IMG/VR virus record: IMGVR_UViG_3300046474_000061
Location: 5,936-69,935 of that record
Direction: 5' to 3' (one strand)
DNA from: a virus
DNA: 64,000 nucleotides
Part shown: piece by piece, positions 38,169 through 48,794 of the stretch
Numbering within the stretch: position 1 is the stretch's first letter
Layout of the letters: every line of letters starts with the position of its first letter
Notes under the pieces: generated by a model
Database searches by the model: none
What the model was told of the DNA's origin: nothing
Seen by the model: only the letters and a program-made list of their open reading frames with translations
Translations under genes and position numbers: made by a program

Positions 38169-38804
38169 ATGAAGAAGAATAGTAGTAAAGAATACTATCG
38201 TAGACTTAGAGAAGATCCTGAAAAGTATGAAAAACTATTGGAAAGAAATCGGCAACGATATCACGAACGTTCAGAAATTCAAAAGAGTAAGGACGACGAA
38301 AGAAATAAACTTCGTTATAAAAACTTAGTTAACATTTGGGATGAAGATCCAAGAATATTTCTTTTCGGTCAAGCAAAGTATAGGTCCTCTAAATATAAAG
38401 AGGTCTTTGACTTGAAACTAGAAGATATAAAAATTCCTAAAGTTTGTCCAGTATTTAAAGTTCCTTTCCAAAGAAATACTCCTTATGCTTACTCAATAGA
38501 TCGTATTGATAGTTCCAAAGGATATTTCAAAGGAAATGTTCAAGTAATTTCTAAGTTAGCAAATGCAATGAAACAAAATGCAACTCAAGAACAATTAAAA
38601 ATGTTCGCTGACTGGATTAATGAAAAGGAAGATGAAATCATGAATGAAAAACAAATAGAGGATTATATCTCTAATGAACTAGAAGAAAAGTCTTTTGAAG
38701 AAATCCTTGAAGAACATGACCTAAGTCCCTCAGATGTTTTTATTATTCTCTTCAATAATGGACACATTGATACGGAACTACTAGAAAATATGATGGGAGC
38801 TTAA
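38169..38804 (+). CDS. HNH-like endonuclease with acidic C-terminal domain
   Basis: CPVF, SIDRIDSSKGYFKGNVQVISKLANAMK. Confidence 0.75.
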   Translation: MKKNSSKEYYRRLREDPEKYEKLLERNRQRYHERSEIQKSKDDERNKLRYKNLVNIWDEDPRIFLFGQAKYRSSKYKEVFDLKLEDIKIPKVCPVFKVPFQRNTPYAYSIDRIDSSKGYFKGNVQVISKLANAMKQNATQEQLKMFADWINEKEDEIMNEKQIEDYISNELEEKSFEEILEEHDLSPSDVFIILFNNGHIDTELLENMMGA

Positions 38805-39080
38805 ATATTGGATAACAAAAGTGACTTCACGGTACATTTTCCAATTGAACTAGTTGAAGAATGGGTTAAGCAGAACGGTGTTGACGACGGCCAGATGCTT
38901 GAATACCAAGATCTACTTATCAATGAAATTAAATTAGATGTTGACACCGGGTATATTACAATCGGTGGTAGTTTGGAGACAAAATTAGATGGTTAAGTTT
39001 AAAGAATTCTTTAATCAGTATGGTAGTACAATTGATGTTCTATTGATTATCTCCCTTACGATTAATACAGTGGTGATGTT

Positions 39081-39716
39081 TTGGAAGTAACCCTCATCGA
39101 TTCGATGGGAACTGACACCCTCGTAGTTAACGCTGCGAGGGTTTCTTTTTCTAAGGAAGCTAGTAACTATACGGAAGAGCAAAATGTTAAGCTTATTCGT
39201 TATCTCGCTACTCATCAACATTTTACCCCTTTTACTCATCCACAAATTGTGCTCAGGGAAAAGGTTCCTATTTTTGTCGCTCGCCAGCGTTTCAAGCACA
39301 CTGTTGGTTTTAGTTACAATGAAGAGTCTAGGCGCTATGTAAGTGATGACCCTGACTTCTTTATGCCAGATGGTTGGCGTAAGGCAGCAGAGAACAAGAA
39401 GCAAGGATCTTCAGAAGAACTCATCAAAGCCGAAGAAGTCGATCTCGATGGAATGTACGCGGAATTAGTTACACATGCCTCCACTCTTTACAAAGCGATG
39501 ATTACATACGGAGTCGCACCTGAACAAGCACGTATGGTGTTGCCTCAGAGTATGTTCACTGAGTATTACGTAACGGGTAGTCTCGCTGCCTTTGCTCGTG
39601 CTTATCGATTGAGGAAAGATCCACATGCCCAAAGAGAAATCCAAGACCTCGCAGTCAGGTGGGACGAAGTCATCCGACCTCTTTTCCCGGTATCCTGGTC
39701 TGCTCTTGTTGACTGA
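39081..39716 (+). CDS. thyX: flavin-dependent thymidylate synthase
   Basis: NAARVSF, HFTPF, RQRFKH..FSYNEESRRY, EQARMVLPQ, HAQREI. Confidence 0.95.
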   Translation: MEVTLIDSMGTDTLVVNAARVSFSKEASNYTEEQNVKLIRYLATHQHFTPFTHPQIVLREKVPIFVARQRFKHTVGFSYNEESRRYVSDDPDFFMPDGWRKAAENKKQGSSEELIKAEEVDLDGMYAELVTHASTLYKAMITYGVAPEQARMVLPQSMFTEYYVTGSLAAFARAYRLRKDPHAQREIQDLAVRWDEVIRPLFPVSWSALVD

Positions 39717-39791
39717 GGAAGAAGAGGAAAAAGGTTTCTGTCAAGGACTCAAGATTTCTGACTATGAGAAATTTATAAAGAGTATGGAACA

Positions 39792-40082
39792 TTGGAAGGA
39801 ATATATAAAGTGGTAACATGGTACACCATCTATACAAGAAGCGACCCTCCTTGCAAGTATTGTATCGAGGCTAAAGAGTTGTTGCAAATTTATGGAATGG
39901 ATTATTTCGAAAAGGATATTAGTACCAATGCTACAGCAAAAGAAGAATTTCTGGCAGCAGGTCATCGAACGATACCTCAAGTCTATCGTGAAGGGGCGCT
40001 TATCGGAGGCTGCGACATGTTGAAGAACCACCTTCGTATCAATCATAATATCAAAGCAAGAAAAGAAAGTGAAGCACACTAA
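39792..40082 (+). CDS. glutaredoxin
   Basis: CKYC, TIPQV, IGG. Confidence 0.85.
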   Translation: MEGIYKVVTWYTIYTRSDPPCKYCIEAKELLQIYGMDYFEKDISTNATAKEEFLAAGHRTIPQVYREGALIGGCDMLKNHLRINHNIKARKESEAH

Positions 40083-40354
40083 TGGGATTTAAGTCATACC
40101 AAGCATTTGTAGAGTCTATGCCAGACTTTGATGACGCAGCACTAGGACTTCCGGGAGAAGTAGGTGAAGTTCTTGAACTTGTAAAGAAGGATCGTCGAGT
40201 AGGTGATAGACGACAACCACTGGATCTTGAGAAGTTTAAGGCTGAATGTGGTGATGTTCTTTTCTACCTCACTCGATTGGCATACAAGAATGGTGTCAGT
40301 CTGAAAGAGGTAGCCGAATATAACGAAGAGAAACTTTCTAAGAGGCATGGATGA
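40082..40354 (+). CDS. MazG-like NTP pyrophosphohydrolase
   Basis: GEVGEVLELVKK, ECGDVLFY. Confidence 0.82.
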   Translation: MGFKSYQAFVESMPDFDDAALGLPGEVGEVLELVKKDRRVGDRRQPLDLEKFKAECGDVLFYLTRLAYKNGVSLKEVAEYNEEKLSKRHG

Positions 40355-40713
40355 AAATTCTTGTTTGTGGGTCAAGGGTATTCAATGACAAACGAAAGTT
40401 CAATGATGTCCTTGCTCCATATCTCAAAGAATATGGGAGTGACCTAGAGATCATCACAGGAATGGCCAAGGGAGCAGACCACTTTGCTTGGTTGTTCGCT
40501 TACCACTATGATCTCATCACTCATGAGTTTCCTGCTGATTGGGACAATAATGGTAAGGCTGCTGGACCTATTCGTAATCAACAAATGATTGATGAGGGTA
40601 GACCAGACCTTGTGATTGCTTTTCCAGTAGGAGAGTCAAGAGGTACATACGACATGATTAAGAGAGCACGTAAACATAACATTGAGGTAATCGTCATTGA
40701 GCCAGACAATTAA
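40351..40713 (+). CDS. SLOG/YspA-like (DUF2493) protein
   Basis: VCGSR, GMAKGAD, ADW, AAGPIRNQQM, SRGT. Confidence 0.82.
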   Translation: MKILVCGSRVFNDKRKFNDVLAPYLKEYGSDLEIITGMAKGADHFAWLFAYHYDLITHEFPADWDNNGKAAGPIRNQQMIDEGRPDLVIAFPVGESRGTYDMIKRARKHNIEVIVIEPDN

Positions 40714-40995
40714 TTTTATCGACAATGAGGTCAATAAACTACAGGCCCTCATTAGTAAGACAGAACGAGAGATCACAGACCTTGAGAAGATCATTCTTGC
40801 TAAGACACAGGCGATTGGTAAATGGAATGAGATGATTGATGCATTGAGTGCAGATAAGGACACACTTAATGGATAAGGACTTAGAAGAGACTTTCAATAA
40901 CCTTCTACAAGAACTAGACGCATACAGAGAAGAGTTTGGTCCTCCAGATGATGACGACGAGGACTTGTATATTTATGAAGAGGAAGAAGAAGATA

Positions 40996-42924
40996 TTGGC
41001 TAATCCATTTAATGCATACTACCAAGAATTTATTTATAAGTCACGCTACAGCCGTTGGATTGAAAGTGAAAAACGTCGTGAAAACTGGGATGAAACTGTT
41101 AATCGGTATCTTACCTTTATACGTGACCATCTCGCTGATAGCCATTCTTACAAGCTTAGCGACGATCTTTATAATCGACTATATAAGGCTATCTATAATC
41201 TAGACGTTATGCCGTCCATGCGTTCTGTTATGACGGCAGGAAAGGCATTGGCTCGTGATAACACCGCTGGCTATAATTGCTCGTATCTTCCAATCGATGA
41301 CCTCAAGTCATTCGACGAAGCAATGTACATTCTCCTCTGTGGAACCGGAGTCGGTTTCTCTGTCGAGCGACAATACATTAGTAAACTACCAGAAGTTCCG
41401 GACCAGCTTTTTGACTCTGATACTACAATCGTTGTCAAGGATAGCAAAGAGGGATGGGCTAAGTCCTATCGGCAACTTATCGCCCTCCTATATTCGGGTG
41501 AAATTCCCAAATGGGATACTTCTCTGGTTCGACCTGCGGGAGCTAGACTTAAAACATTTGGTGGACGAGCCTCTGGTCCTGGACCTCTTGAAGATCTATT
41601 CAAATTCACTATCGCTAAGTTTAGAGGTGCAGTTGGAAGGCGACTTAATTCCCTCGAAGCACACGACATTCTTTGTAAAATTGGAGAGGTCGTCGTTGTC
41701 GGAGGAGTACGTCGCAGTGCCATGATCTCCCTCAGTAATCTCACTGATGACCGTATGCGTAATGCTAAGGCGGGTAATTGGTGGGAGAATGAGGCTCAGC
41801 GAGCACTGGCAAACAACTCGGTATCCTACACAGAGACACCGGATGTTGGTGCCTTTATGAAAGAGTGGTTGTCCCTCTATCAATCTAAGTCTGGCGAACG
41901 AGGTATTTTCAATCGTGTTGCAGCAGTTAAGCAAGTTAAGTCTCTTAGCCGTCGTGATCCTAATTTTGAGTTCGGGACCAACCCTTGCTCAGAGATCATC
42001 CTACGACCATATCAATTCTGTAACCTTAGCGAAGTTGTGGTGCGAGCAACTGACACTGAAGCAGTACTCCTTGAGAAAGTGGAACTCGCCACGATTCTTG
42101 GAACATTCCAAAGCACCCTTACGAATTTCCCGTATCTTAGAAAAATATGGCAACGAAATACAGAGGAGGAAAGACTCCTTGGGGTGTCCCTGACGGGTAT
42201 TATGGACAACCAGTTTACCAATGGTAAGTCTGGTGATCTCAAGGAACTTCTCGAAGAACTCAAAAAGAGGACTGTCGAAGTAAATGCTAACCTTGCTAAT
42301 GACATTGGCATTAATGCTAGCACCAGCATTACTTGTGTTAAGCCTTCCGGCACGGTTTCGCAACTTGTGGATTCTGCTTCCGGTATTCACGCTCGCCACT
42401 CTGCTTTCTACATTCGGAGTGTTCGAGGTGATAACAAGGACCCACTGACTCAGTTCCTTAAGGACAGTGGTGTCCCGAATGAACCCGATGTCATGAAGCC
42501 TGACCAGACGACTGTCTTCTACTTCCCGATGAAAGCTCCTGATGGTGCTGTCACTCGTGATGATATGACAGCTATCGAACAGCTTGAACTCTGGAAGACA
42601 TACCAGTTGTATTGGTGTGAACACAAACCATCAGTAACAATCTCTGTACGTGAAAAGGAATGGCCAGCCGTAGGTGCTTGGGTCTATGACAACTTTGACC
42701 TCATTAGTGGTGTATCTTTCCTTCCTCATTCTGACCATAGTTATCGTCAGGCCCCGTATCAGGAATGCTCTGAAGCCAAGTACAATGAGTTCAAGGAAAA
42801 GATGCCGAAGGGAATCAACTGGTCGGACCTGAGCTTCTATGAGGCTGAGGATACAACGACTGGTATGCAAAGTTTGGCTTGCTCCTCTGATAGCGGCTGC
42901 GAGATCGTGGATATCGGTCAATGA
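40996..42924 (+). CDS. nrdJ: class II (B12-dependent) ribonucleotide reductase
   Basis: YNCS, GGVRRSA, TNPCSEI, CVKPSGT, C-terminal ACSSDSGC; no beta-subunit gene in window; likely TTG start at 40996. Confidence 0.92.
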   Translation: MANPFNAYYQEFIYKSRYSRWIESEKRRENWDETVNRYLTFIRDHLADSHSYKLSDDLYNRLYKAIYNLDVMPSMRSVMTAGKALARDNTAGYNCSYLPIDDLKSFDEAMYILLCGTGVGFSVERQYISKLPEVPDQLFDSDTTIVVKDSKEGWAKSYRQLIALLYSGEIPKWDTSLVRPAGARLKTFGGRASGPGPLEDLFKFTIAKFRGAVGRRLNSLEAHDILCKIGEVVVVGGVRRSAMISLSNLTDDRMRNAKAGNWWENEAQRALANNSVSYTETPDVGAFMKEWLSLYQSKSGERGIFNRVAAVKQVKSLSRRDPNFEFGTNPCSEIILRPYQFCNLSEVVVRATDTEAVLLEKVELATILGTFQSTLTNFPYLRKIWQRNTEEERLLGVSLTGIMDNQFTNGKSGDLKELLEELKKRTVEVNANLANDIGINASTSITCVKPSGTVSQLVDSASGIHARHSAFYIRSVRGDNKDPLTQFLKDSGVPNEPDVMKPDQTTVFYFPMKAPDGAVTRDDMTAIEQLELWKTYQLYWCEHKPSVTISVREKEWPAVGAWVYDNFDLISGVSFLPHSDHSYRQAPYQECSEAKYNEFKEKMPKGINWSDLSFYEAEDTTTGMQSLACSSDSGCEIVDIGQ

Positions 42925-43169
42925 CAAAACGTTCTGAATTAACAGGACGAGACTTTGGAGAGCTTCACGTTGTGGGGCTAGACATTGGATAATGTAATGT
43001 ATGTAGAACTAGGACTCTATATTGGTCCTTGGAAACTATATGCAGGAGAGGAAGGAAATCTTAGTAGATATACTAATGAAGGTCCTCAATATGCATCGGT
43101 TCCTAATCCTGACGATTTTATTGATACATTTAAGACTTATATCGACGTAGAGAAAGCTAATAGTATAAC

Positions 43170-43757
43170 ATGAAAGTTCTTGTCGCTTGCGAAATGAGCG
43201 GCAGGGTTAGAGATGCATTTATCAAGAGGGGTCATGAGGCTATGTCTTGTGATCTCCTTGACACCCTAGTAGAGGGTCCACATTACACAGGTAGTGTCTT
43301 GGACATTCTCTATGATGGGTGGGATATGATGATCGCTCATCCTCCGTGTACAGATATTGCCATTTCAGGTAGTAGATATTTTAAAGAAAAGATAGCAGAT
43401 GGAAGACAACAACGAGCCCTCGATTTTGTACGAACTCTCATGGACGCCCCCATCGATAGAATCTGTATTGAAAATCCCGTTTCCGTTATCAGCACAAAAA
43501 TCAGAAAACCAGACCAGATTATTCAGCCTTACGAATACGGACATAACGCATCTAAGAGAACATGTCTCTGGCTCAAAAATCTCCCACTTCTCAGAGGTAC
43601 TGAAAGGATTTCTGGAAGATTTGTCGATGGAAGAGAGAGATGGGATAATCAAACAGATACTGGACAGAATAGACTTGGACCTAGCGAAGAACGAGCAGCA
43701 ATTAGGAGTATGACATATGAAGGAATCGCAAGAGCAATGGCAGAACAGTGGGGTTAA
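43170..43757 (+). CDS. putative DNA cytosine methyltransferase
   Basis: VLVACEMSG, AHPPC, IENP, KRTCLWL. Confidence 0.7.
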   Translation: MKVLVACEMSGRVRDAFIKRGHEAMSCDLLDTLVEGPHYTGSVLDILYDGWDMMIAHPPCTDIAISGSRYFKEKIADGRQQRALDFVRTLMDAPIDRICIENPVSVISTKIRKPDQIIQPYEYGHNASKRTCLWLKNLPLLRGTERISGRFVDGRERWDNQTDTGQNRLGPSEERAAIRSMTYEGIARAMAEQWG

Positions 43758-44081
43758 ATGAATAAGGATGCACTATTATGGCTTGGAGGTATCCTACTAG
43801 GACTTCCAGTTGTCGCAGGACTTATGATTAAATGGTGTGATTTTGTATTTGGAGTAATGTTTTGAATAACGATTGTGATTGTACCCATGATGTCCGTATC
43901 GCATATATGGGGGCCTTTTTGTCTCGTGATGAAGCAGAAGTATATCGAGAGGAATTCTTCTCTCAGTACGGTTCAGATGTGGAGGACGGTTTCCTTCATC
44001 TCATTCAAGATGACCTAGTGATGATTAATGCACATTGGGTTGTCCGTATTATGGCAGAGAATGCACAAGGAGAATTGCCGC

Positions 44082-44393
44082 TTGAGTGATGAAAAAGTAT
44101 TAGGTGGAGTATTGATGCCGGGAATGTACCACCATTATGATGCCTCCAAGTATCAACCTTGGAAGCCAAGTCCCGAAAAGGAAGTCCTCCAACGGGATCG
44201 ACAGATTGGTGGTGATCATTACAAGAACCTAGCCATCCAGCCAGGTGAGTACATTACAAAGAATAATCTCAATTGGTACGAGGGTAATGTAATCAAGTAT
44301 GTTACTCGCCATCGTTACAAGAATGGTCGAGAAGATATCGAGAAGGCTATCCATTATCTACAACTACTGCTCGAACAGGAGTATGGTGTTTGA
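44082..44393 (+). CDS. DUF3310/SaV-like protein
   Basis: QIGGDHY, GNVIKYVTR, KNGREDIEKA. Confidence 0.8.
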   Translation: MSDEKVLGGVLMPGMYHHYDASKYQPWKPSPEKEVLQRDRQIGGDHYKNLAIQPGEYITKNNLNWYEGNVIKYVTRHRYKNGREDIEKAIHYLQLLLEQEYGV

Positions 44394-44707
44394 AAATCGC
44401 ACTGGACTATGACGGAACTTACGATCAAGATCCTTCTATTTGGCAAGCAATCATCTACCTGTTGAAACAGGCTAGTCATGATATCCGTGTTGTGACTCAT
44501 CGACACTGGACGCTAGACAATATCGACAAGGAGTTTGATATCCCAATCATCTACACAGACGGTATCGCTAAGAAATGGTACTGTGAGCATCGAGAACCTT
44601 ATTGGGTTCCAGACATCTGGATCGATGACAAGCCCAAGGGTATCCTTGAGAATGGACCACTGACACAGACTGAAATCGAAGAGTGGCGTAAGTCACAAGG
44701 AAGATAA
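44390..44707 (+). CDS. small HAD-like protein
   Basis: DYDGT, VVTHR, IWIDD. Confidence 0.7.
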   Translation: MKIALDYDGTYDQDPSIWQAIIYLLKQASHDIRVVTHRHWTLDNIDKEFDIPIIYTDGIAKKWYCEHREPYWVPDIWIDDKPKGILENGPLTQTEIEEWRKSQGR

Positions 44708-44708
44708 T

Positions 44709-44987
44709 ATGAATATCATGATTGATTACGATAATACTTTCACAGCGGATGCTCCAATGTGGCAAGATGTTATTTTTGAATTTCTACAAAAGCATAGGGT
44801 GTTTCTCGTAACCAGTCGTGGGATGGACACTCCTGTAGAACATACCGAGTACTTCGTAGACATGGGTATTCCAATTGTCTATTGTGACTATTATGCCAAA
44901 AAAGATGTCTGTGAAAAACAAGGCATCAAAATAGATATTTGGATCGACGATGATCCTAAGTATATCATAGAAGGTTTCCGAACCTAA
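44709..44987 (+). CDS. small HAD-like protein (paralog)
   Basis: DYDNT, LVTSR, IWIDD. Confidence 0.7.
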   Translation: MNIMIDYDNTFTADAPMWQDVIFEFLQKHRVFLVTSRGMDTPVEHTEYFVDMGIPIVYCDYYAKKDVCEKQGIKIDIWIDDDPKYIIEGFRT

Positions 44988-44992
44988 AACGC

Positions 44993-45058
44993 AAAAAGCC
45001 CCGGAGGGGCCTTCCTTTGGTATTACCATTGGAGGGTCTCTGCCGGGGCTTTTTTTTT
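44993..45058. terminator. bidirectional rho-independent terminator at convergence point
   Basis: AAAAAGCCCCGG...CCGGGGCTTTTTTTTT. Confidence 0.85.
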
Positions 45059-45060
45059 GT

Positions 45061-48000
45061 TTATGGTATGAATTTTCTACCAGTCTCAATTGCACCATTG
45101 AGTAACTTTTCAGTTTCATCAAGAGTGGGAATGAGTTCCATGTCACGATCGGAGAGAGCTTCACGACCTATGGCACGAGTAACACTCCTTTTAAACCATG
45201 ACTTGTCCTCATCCTTAAGAGTACTAGTCTTTACATCCTTAAGCATCTGTTCGACACGAGCAGGATCTTCAGCCAGTTTCTGAAAGAAGTCATTACGGCG
45301 GGCAACAACTTCATCAAGATTGTCCACAGTCAATGGAGTAGTGAACCTACGGATCTTAGTAGCCCGTGGGTTAAGCTGCCCAAAGAGAATGGTGATAGCG
45401 TTAGACGTACCTACTTGTGGGTTCTGAGACTTCGGAACTTTACCGAGAGGGTTCTTTTCACCAGTCGTAGAAACCTTACGACCCAACTTCTCTAGAAGCT
45501 GACCGATATCATCAAACGCTTGGATAGTCTCTGGCTTATCCTTAAAGATCTCCCTAGCCACTTTCATGTCATTACCGATTTCATCATTGAAGATTTCATC
45601 GATTTTACGATCATTAGGACGACGAGCGATATGACCTTCAGGCGGAACACTATCCATCTTAGCTCCACCTTTCATCTTGTTGGCAAGATACTGAGCGTAG
45701 TTACCCTCAAGAGCCTCACGGATAACTTTACCTTCCGGTAGAGTGTCAGCGTGTTTCACAAGGTTACGGATATTAGTTACAGCCTCTCCACCAGAGAAGA
45801 TCTGATAGAGTTTCTTTTGCATATCTTCACCAGCAACAGGAGCAAGTTTCCCACCTTCAGAGCTAACAAAACGAGCAAGGATAGAATCCTTAGCGTTCTT
45901 CTCCATTTCAGCAGCTTGAGTCTTGATCTTTTCAAAAGCAGTAGCCTTATCAACACCAGTTTGTTCAAGCTGTTTGATTGTATCTTCCATGTCCGTAAAC
46001 ATTTTCAGATTAGGGTGGTTAGAGTCTTTCATATGGAGAACAACATCTCTTAGACTATTCCTCAGAGTGGCTACGTTTTGTTTACCACCCTTTGCAATAT
46101 TGTCAGAGATTTTATTGATAGCTTTCGAGAGATAATAATCTCCAAGATCCTTAGAGATGGTTTCACCACCACCAATAGCAGCCGCTTCTATTTCATCACG
46201 GAAGATTTTACCTTCGTTGGTTGAGAGGTTGTTGTTGATGAACTGAGAAACACTTTTGCGATAGTCACCAGCACCCTTAGTGATAGGAGCATTACGAGAG
46301 CCGATTACCTTCTCTCCGGTTCTAGAAACATTCTGAAACTCAGAAGTAGTATCACCATAGAAATTATTTTGGTAATCGATATACTTCGTCTTAGCATCAT
46401 TGACTAGGGTTTTGATATTCTCATCACCCTGTTGAGCAACAAAGTCAAGCTGATGATTGTTTAGATTGTCTCGGAGTTCTTCAAGAGTCTGTAGTCGTCC
46501 TTGCGGATCGATGTTAGCCCTTTTGATTGCTCCGATCTCTTTGTTTACCTGATTACGAACATTGTTGTAGAGGTTACCAACAGAAGGATCAGACTCGATT
46601 TGTTCAGCCAAGTTTTTGAACAGATTGTCATTGAGGTCAACTCCACCCTTGTCATTCTTGACACCAGTTTGATGAATGATTTCCAACAGTGATACAGGAT
46701 CACCATCAGCATCAATTGCACCAACCTTCTTATAGGCTTCATCAACATCAGCCTTCATCTTACCCTGCGACCTAAGAAGCTTAGGGGTAATCTGGCCTTC
46801 AACAATTTTCTGTTGTGTTTCAGGAGCACCAAGAGTGTCATTCTGTGATCTTACATAACCACCGAACTCAGGGTCATTGAGCATTGCATTCTCTGCATTG
46901 AACTTAGCCTGATCTGCATCCAGTCCTGCCTGACGAACATCTTCATTCAGTCCAGTCCTTTGAGCAATGTTCTCTTTGCCCATAACTTGAGCAGCCTTCT
47001 CATTAGCAAAGCCAAGACCTTGAGGATTTACACTCTCGGAAGCCTCACCCAACAGACCACGAAGATCTTCGATGGCAACAGAGGAAGTCTTTTCAGCACC
47101 CAAGGTAGCACGAAGTTTGTACAACTTCTGAGAACTGTCGAAAGACTGTTGTTCTACCCACTTATCAAATGAACCGGGGCTTTCCCTGTCCATGCGGAAC
47201 TTCATAGGAGCATAGGCCGAACGGTAGTAGTCCTCAAGGCCGAGATCAAGAGCAGTAGTCGTATCGAGCTTAGTGGTTTTCTCTGCACCCATAAGCTTAA
47301 GGTTTTTCTCACCATTACGATTGATGACATTCATCAGCATAGACATTCTGCCAGCAGCTTCTTCAGGGGAGACGTTGTTGACCATGTTAGGGTCCAACCA
47401 AGCAAGGAAAGAAATACCAGCTTCCTTATCCTTATAGTCAAGAGCCTTAGCAGTTTTAAGGTTAGTACCAGCGATGGTCATTTCACGAAGACCACCCAAT
47501 GCAGGGACAGCAAGCTTATCGACAAGAAGTTTCTTTACTCCACCCATAGCAGCAAGACCACCAGAGAGGACAGGAGTATCTAGAAGGAACGACATATCAT
47601 CTGCTCGTTCACGAGACATACCAAAAGTCTTCTGGAGATACTCAGATGATACCGCAGTACCAGTTGAGTCTGTAGGAGCCACAGCAGCCTCTACAACGCC
47701 TTTCGTTGCCATAGAGCCAATGGTCTTAGCACGATTAAGAGTAGCCTCTCCACGGACTCCTACGAGACCAGCAAGGACATTCTTAGATGCAGCATCAGCA
47801 GACATCTTAGCAAGCTTTGCATCACCAGTAGCAGCAAGAGTTTCTTGGTAGGCAGTACGTACAGCTTGACGAGCTTCTGGAGAAATCGTCCTTGCCGTCT
47901 TAGAGACAAGAGAGCTAATCCCACCAATAGCCTTTTCAGCACCAATACCACCAAGTAGAATTGAGCTAAGGCCAGTAGCAAAACCTTCACCAGTCTTATC

Positions 48001-48792
48001 AGGAACAGTTTCACCTGCACCCGGAAGGGAGTTAGTAAAGGAACCCTTACCAGTCAATTTGCCCTCTGTAAGATCGACAGTACCACCACCAACGTTCGAA
48101 AGGATCTGATATCCCATACGTTCGAGTGCTGTAGCATCCGGTGGGTCGAGCATATAGCGGTTAGTTACTTCGAGAGGGTTGTCCTCAGATGGAGGCCGTA
48201 ACTTATCATAGTTCGGATTAGGAACTCGTCGTTCTTGTTCCATGACAGGAAAGCCACCAAGCATTTCTACACCCTCAGCAAGCCAAGAGTTAGACTTAGT
48301 ACCACTGTCAACATATTTTTCAAGCTTAGCTTCTGTCTTGTCTCTACGTAGATTTTCAACAGCTTCAGGGGTCTTACCAGCAAAAGACCATTCACCACTA
48401 GGGACGTATGGAATGTTGTGATCAGGTAGTCGAACGTGACCAGCCTTGTAAGATAGTTGATTTTCAAAGTCATTAACTGGTTGGTACTTAGGATCAGCAT
48501 CAATTTCTGAGTAAAGTTCAGAGTTAGATTGTAGCCCATCTTGAGCACCACCAGTCGGACTAGCTTCAAAGACACCACTCTCACGCATAGTATTGAGAGC
48601 ATCCTGATCGTACATAGCCTGATTGGCATTAACAGTGCTATCAAAAGTCTCTACTTTCTTTGAAGGAGGAGTGAGAGGCAAAGGGTTTTCCTCTGCCACC
48701 ACCGGTTCCTGAGCAGGAGCTTGGGCGTATTTCAAGAACGGGTTCTCGGGCTTAGCCGTCGGCCTCGCGTACTTCAGAAACGGATTATCCAT
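45061..48792 (-). CDS. large internal virion/ejection protein (putative)
   Basis: 1243-aa helical-type protein, last gene of the structural operon; NPFLKYA duplicated at N-terminus. Confidence 0.6.
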   Translation of the reverse strand: MDNPFLKYARPTAKPENPFLKYAQAPAQEPVVAEENPLPLTPPSKKVETFDSTVNANQAMYDQDALNTMRESGVFEASPTGGAQDGLQSNSELYSEIDADPKYQPVNDFENQLSYKAGHVRLPDHNIPYVPSGEWSFAGKTPEAVENLRRDKTEAKLEKYVDSGTKSNSWLAEGVEMLGGFPVMEQERRVPNPNYDKLRPPSEDNPLEVTNRYMLDPPDATALERMGYQILSNVGGGTVDLTEGKLTGKGSFTNSLPGAGETVPDKTGEGFATGLSSILLGGIGAEKAIGGISSLVSKTARTISPEARQAVRTAYQETLAATGDAKLAKMSADAASKNVLAGLVGVRGEATLNRAKTIGSMATKGVVEAAVAPTDSTGTAVSSEYLQKTFGMSRERADDMSFLLDTPVLSGGLAAMGGVKKLLVDKLAVPALGGLREMTIAGTNLKTAKALDYKDKEAGISFLAWLDPNMVNNVSPEEAAGRMSMLMNVINRNGEKNLKLMGAEKTTKLDTTTALDLGLEDYYRSAYAPMKFRMDRESPGSFDKWVEQQSFDSSQKLYKLRATLGAEKTSSVAIEDLRGLLGEASESVNPQGLGFANEKAAQVMGKENIAQRTGLNEDVRQAGLDADQAKFNAENAMLNDPEFGGYVRSQNDTLGAPETQQKIVEGQITPKLLRSQGKMKADVDEAYKKVGAIDADGDPVSLLEIIHQTGVKNDKGGVDLNDNLFKNLAEQIESDPSVGNLYNNVRNQVNKEIGAIKRANIDPQGRLQTLEELRDNLNNHQLDFVAQQGDENIKTLVNDAKTKYIDYQNNFYGDTTSEFQNVSRTGEKVIGSRNAPITKGAGDYRKSVSQFINNNLSTNEGKIFRDEIEAAAIGGGETISKDLGDYYLSKAINKISDNIAKGGKQNVATLRNSLRDVVLHMKDSNHPNLKMFTDMEDTIKQLEQTGVDKATAFEKIKTQAAEMEKNAKDSILARFVSSEGGKLAPVAGEDMQKKLYQIFSGGEAVTNIRNLVKHADTLPEGKVIREALEGNYAQYLANKMKGGAKMDSVPPEGHIARRPNDRKIDEIFNDEIGNDMKVAREIFKDKPETIQAFDDIGQLLEKLGRKVSTTGEKNPLGKVPKSQNPQVGTSNAITILFGQLNPRATKIRRFTTPLTVDNLDEVVARRNDFFQKLAEDPARVEQMLKDVKTSTLKDEDKSWFKRSVTRAIGREALSDRDMELIPTLDETEKLLNGAIETGRKFIP

Positions 48793-48794
48793 TA

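Noticed and set aside
29440-41003. Other acidic C-termini (YYDEEE at 29473, IYDEEE at 38182, EEEEDIG at 41003) as further tag members
   Set aside because: They lack the Y(-13), QQGD and terminal D-I/L pattern; explained by overlap with purine-rich ribosome-binding sites
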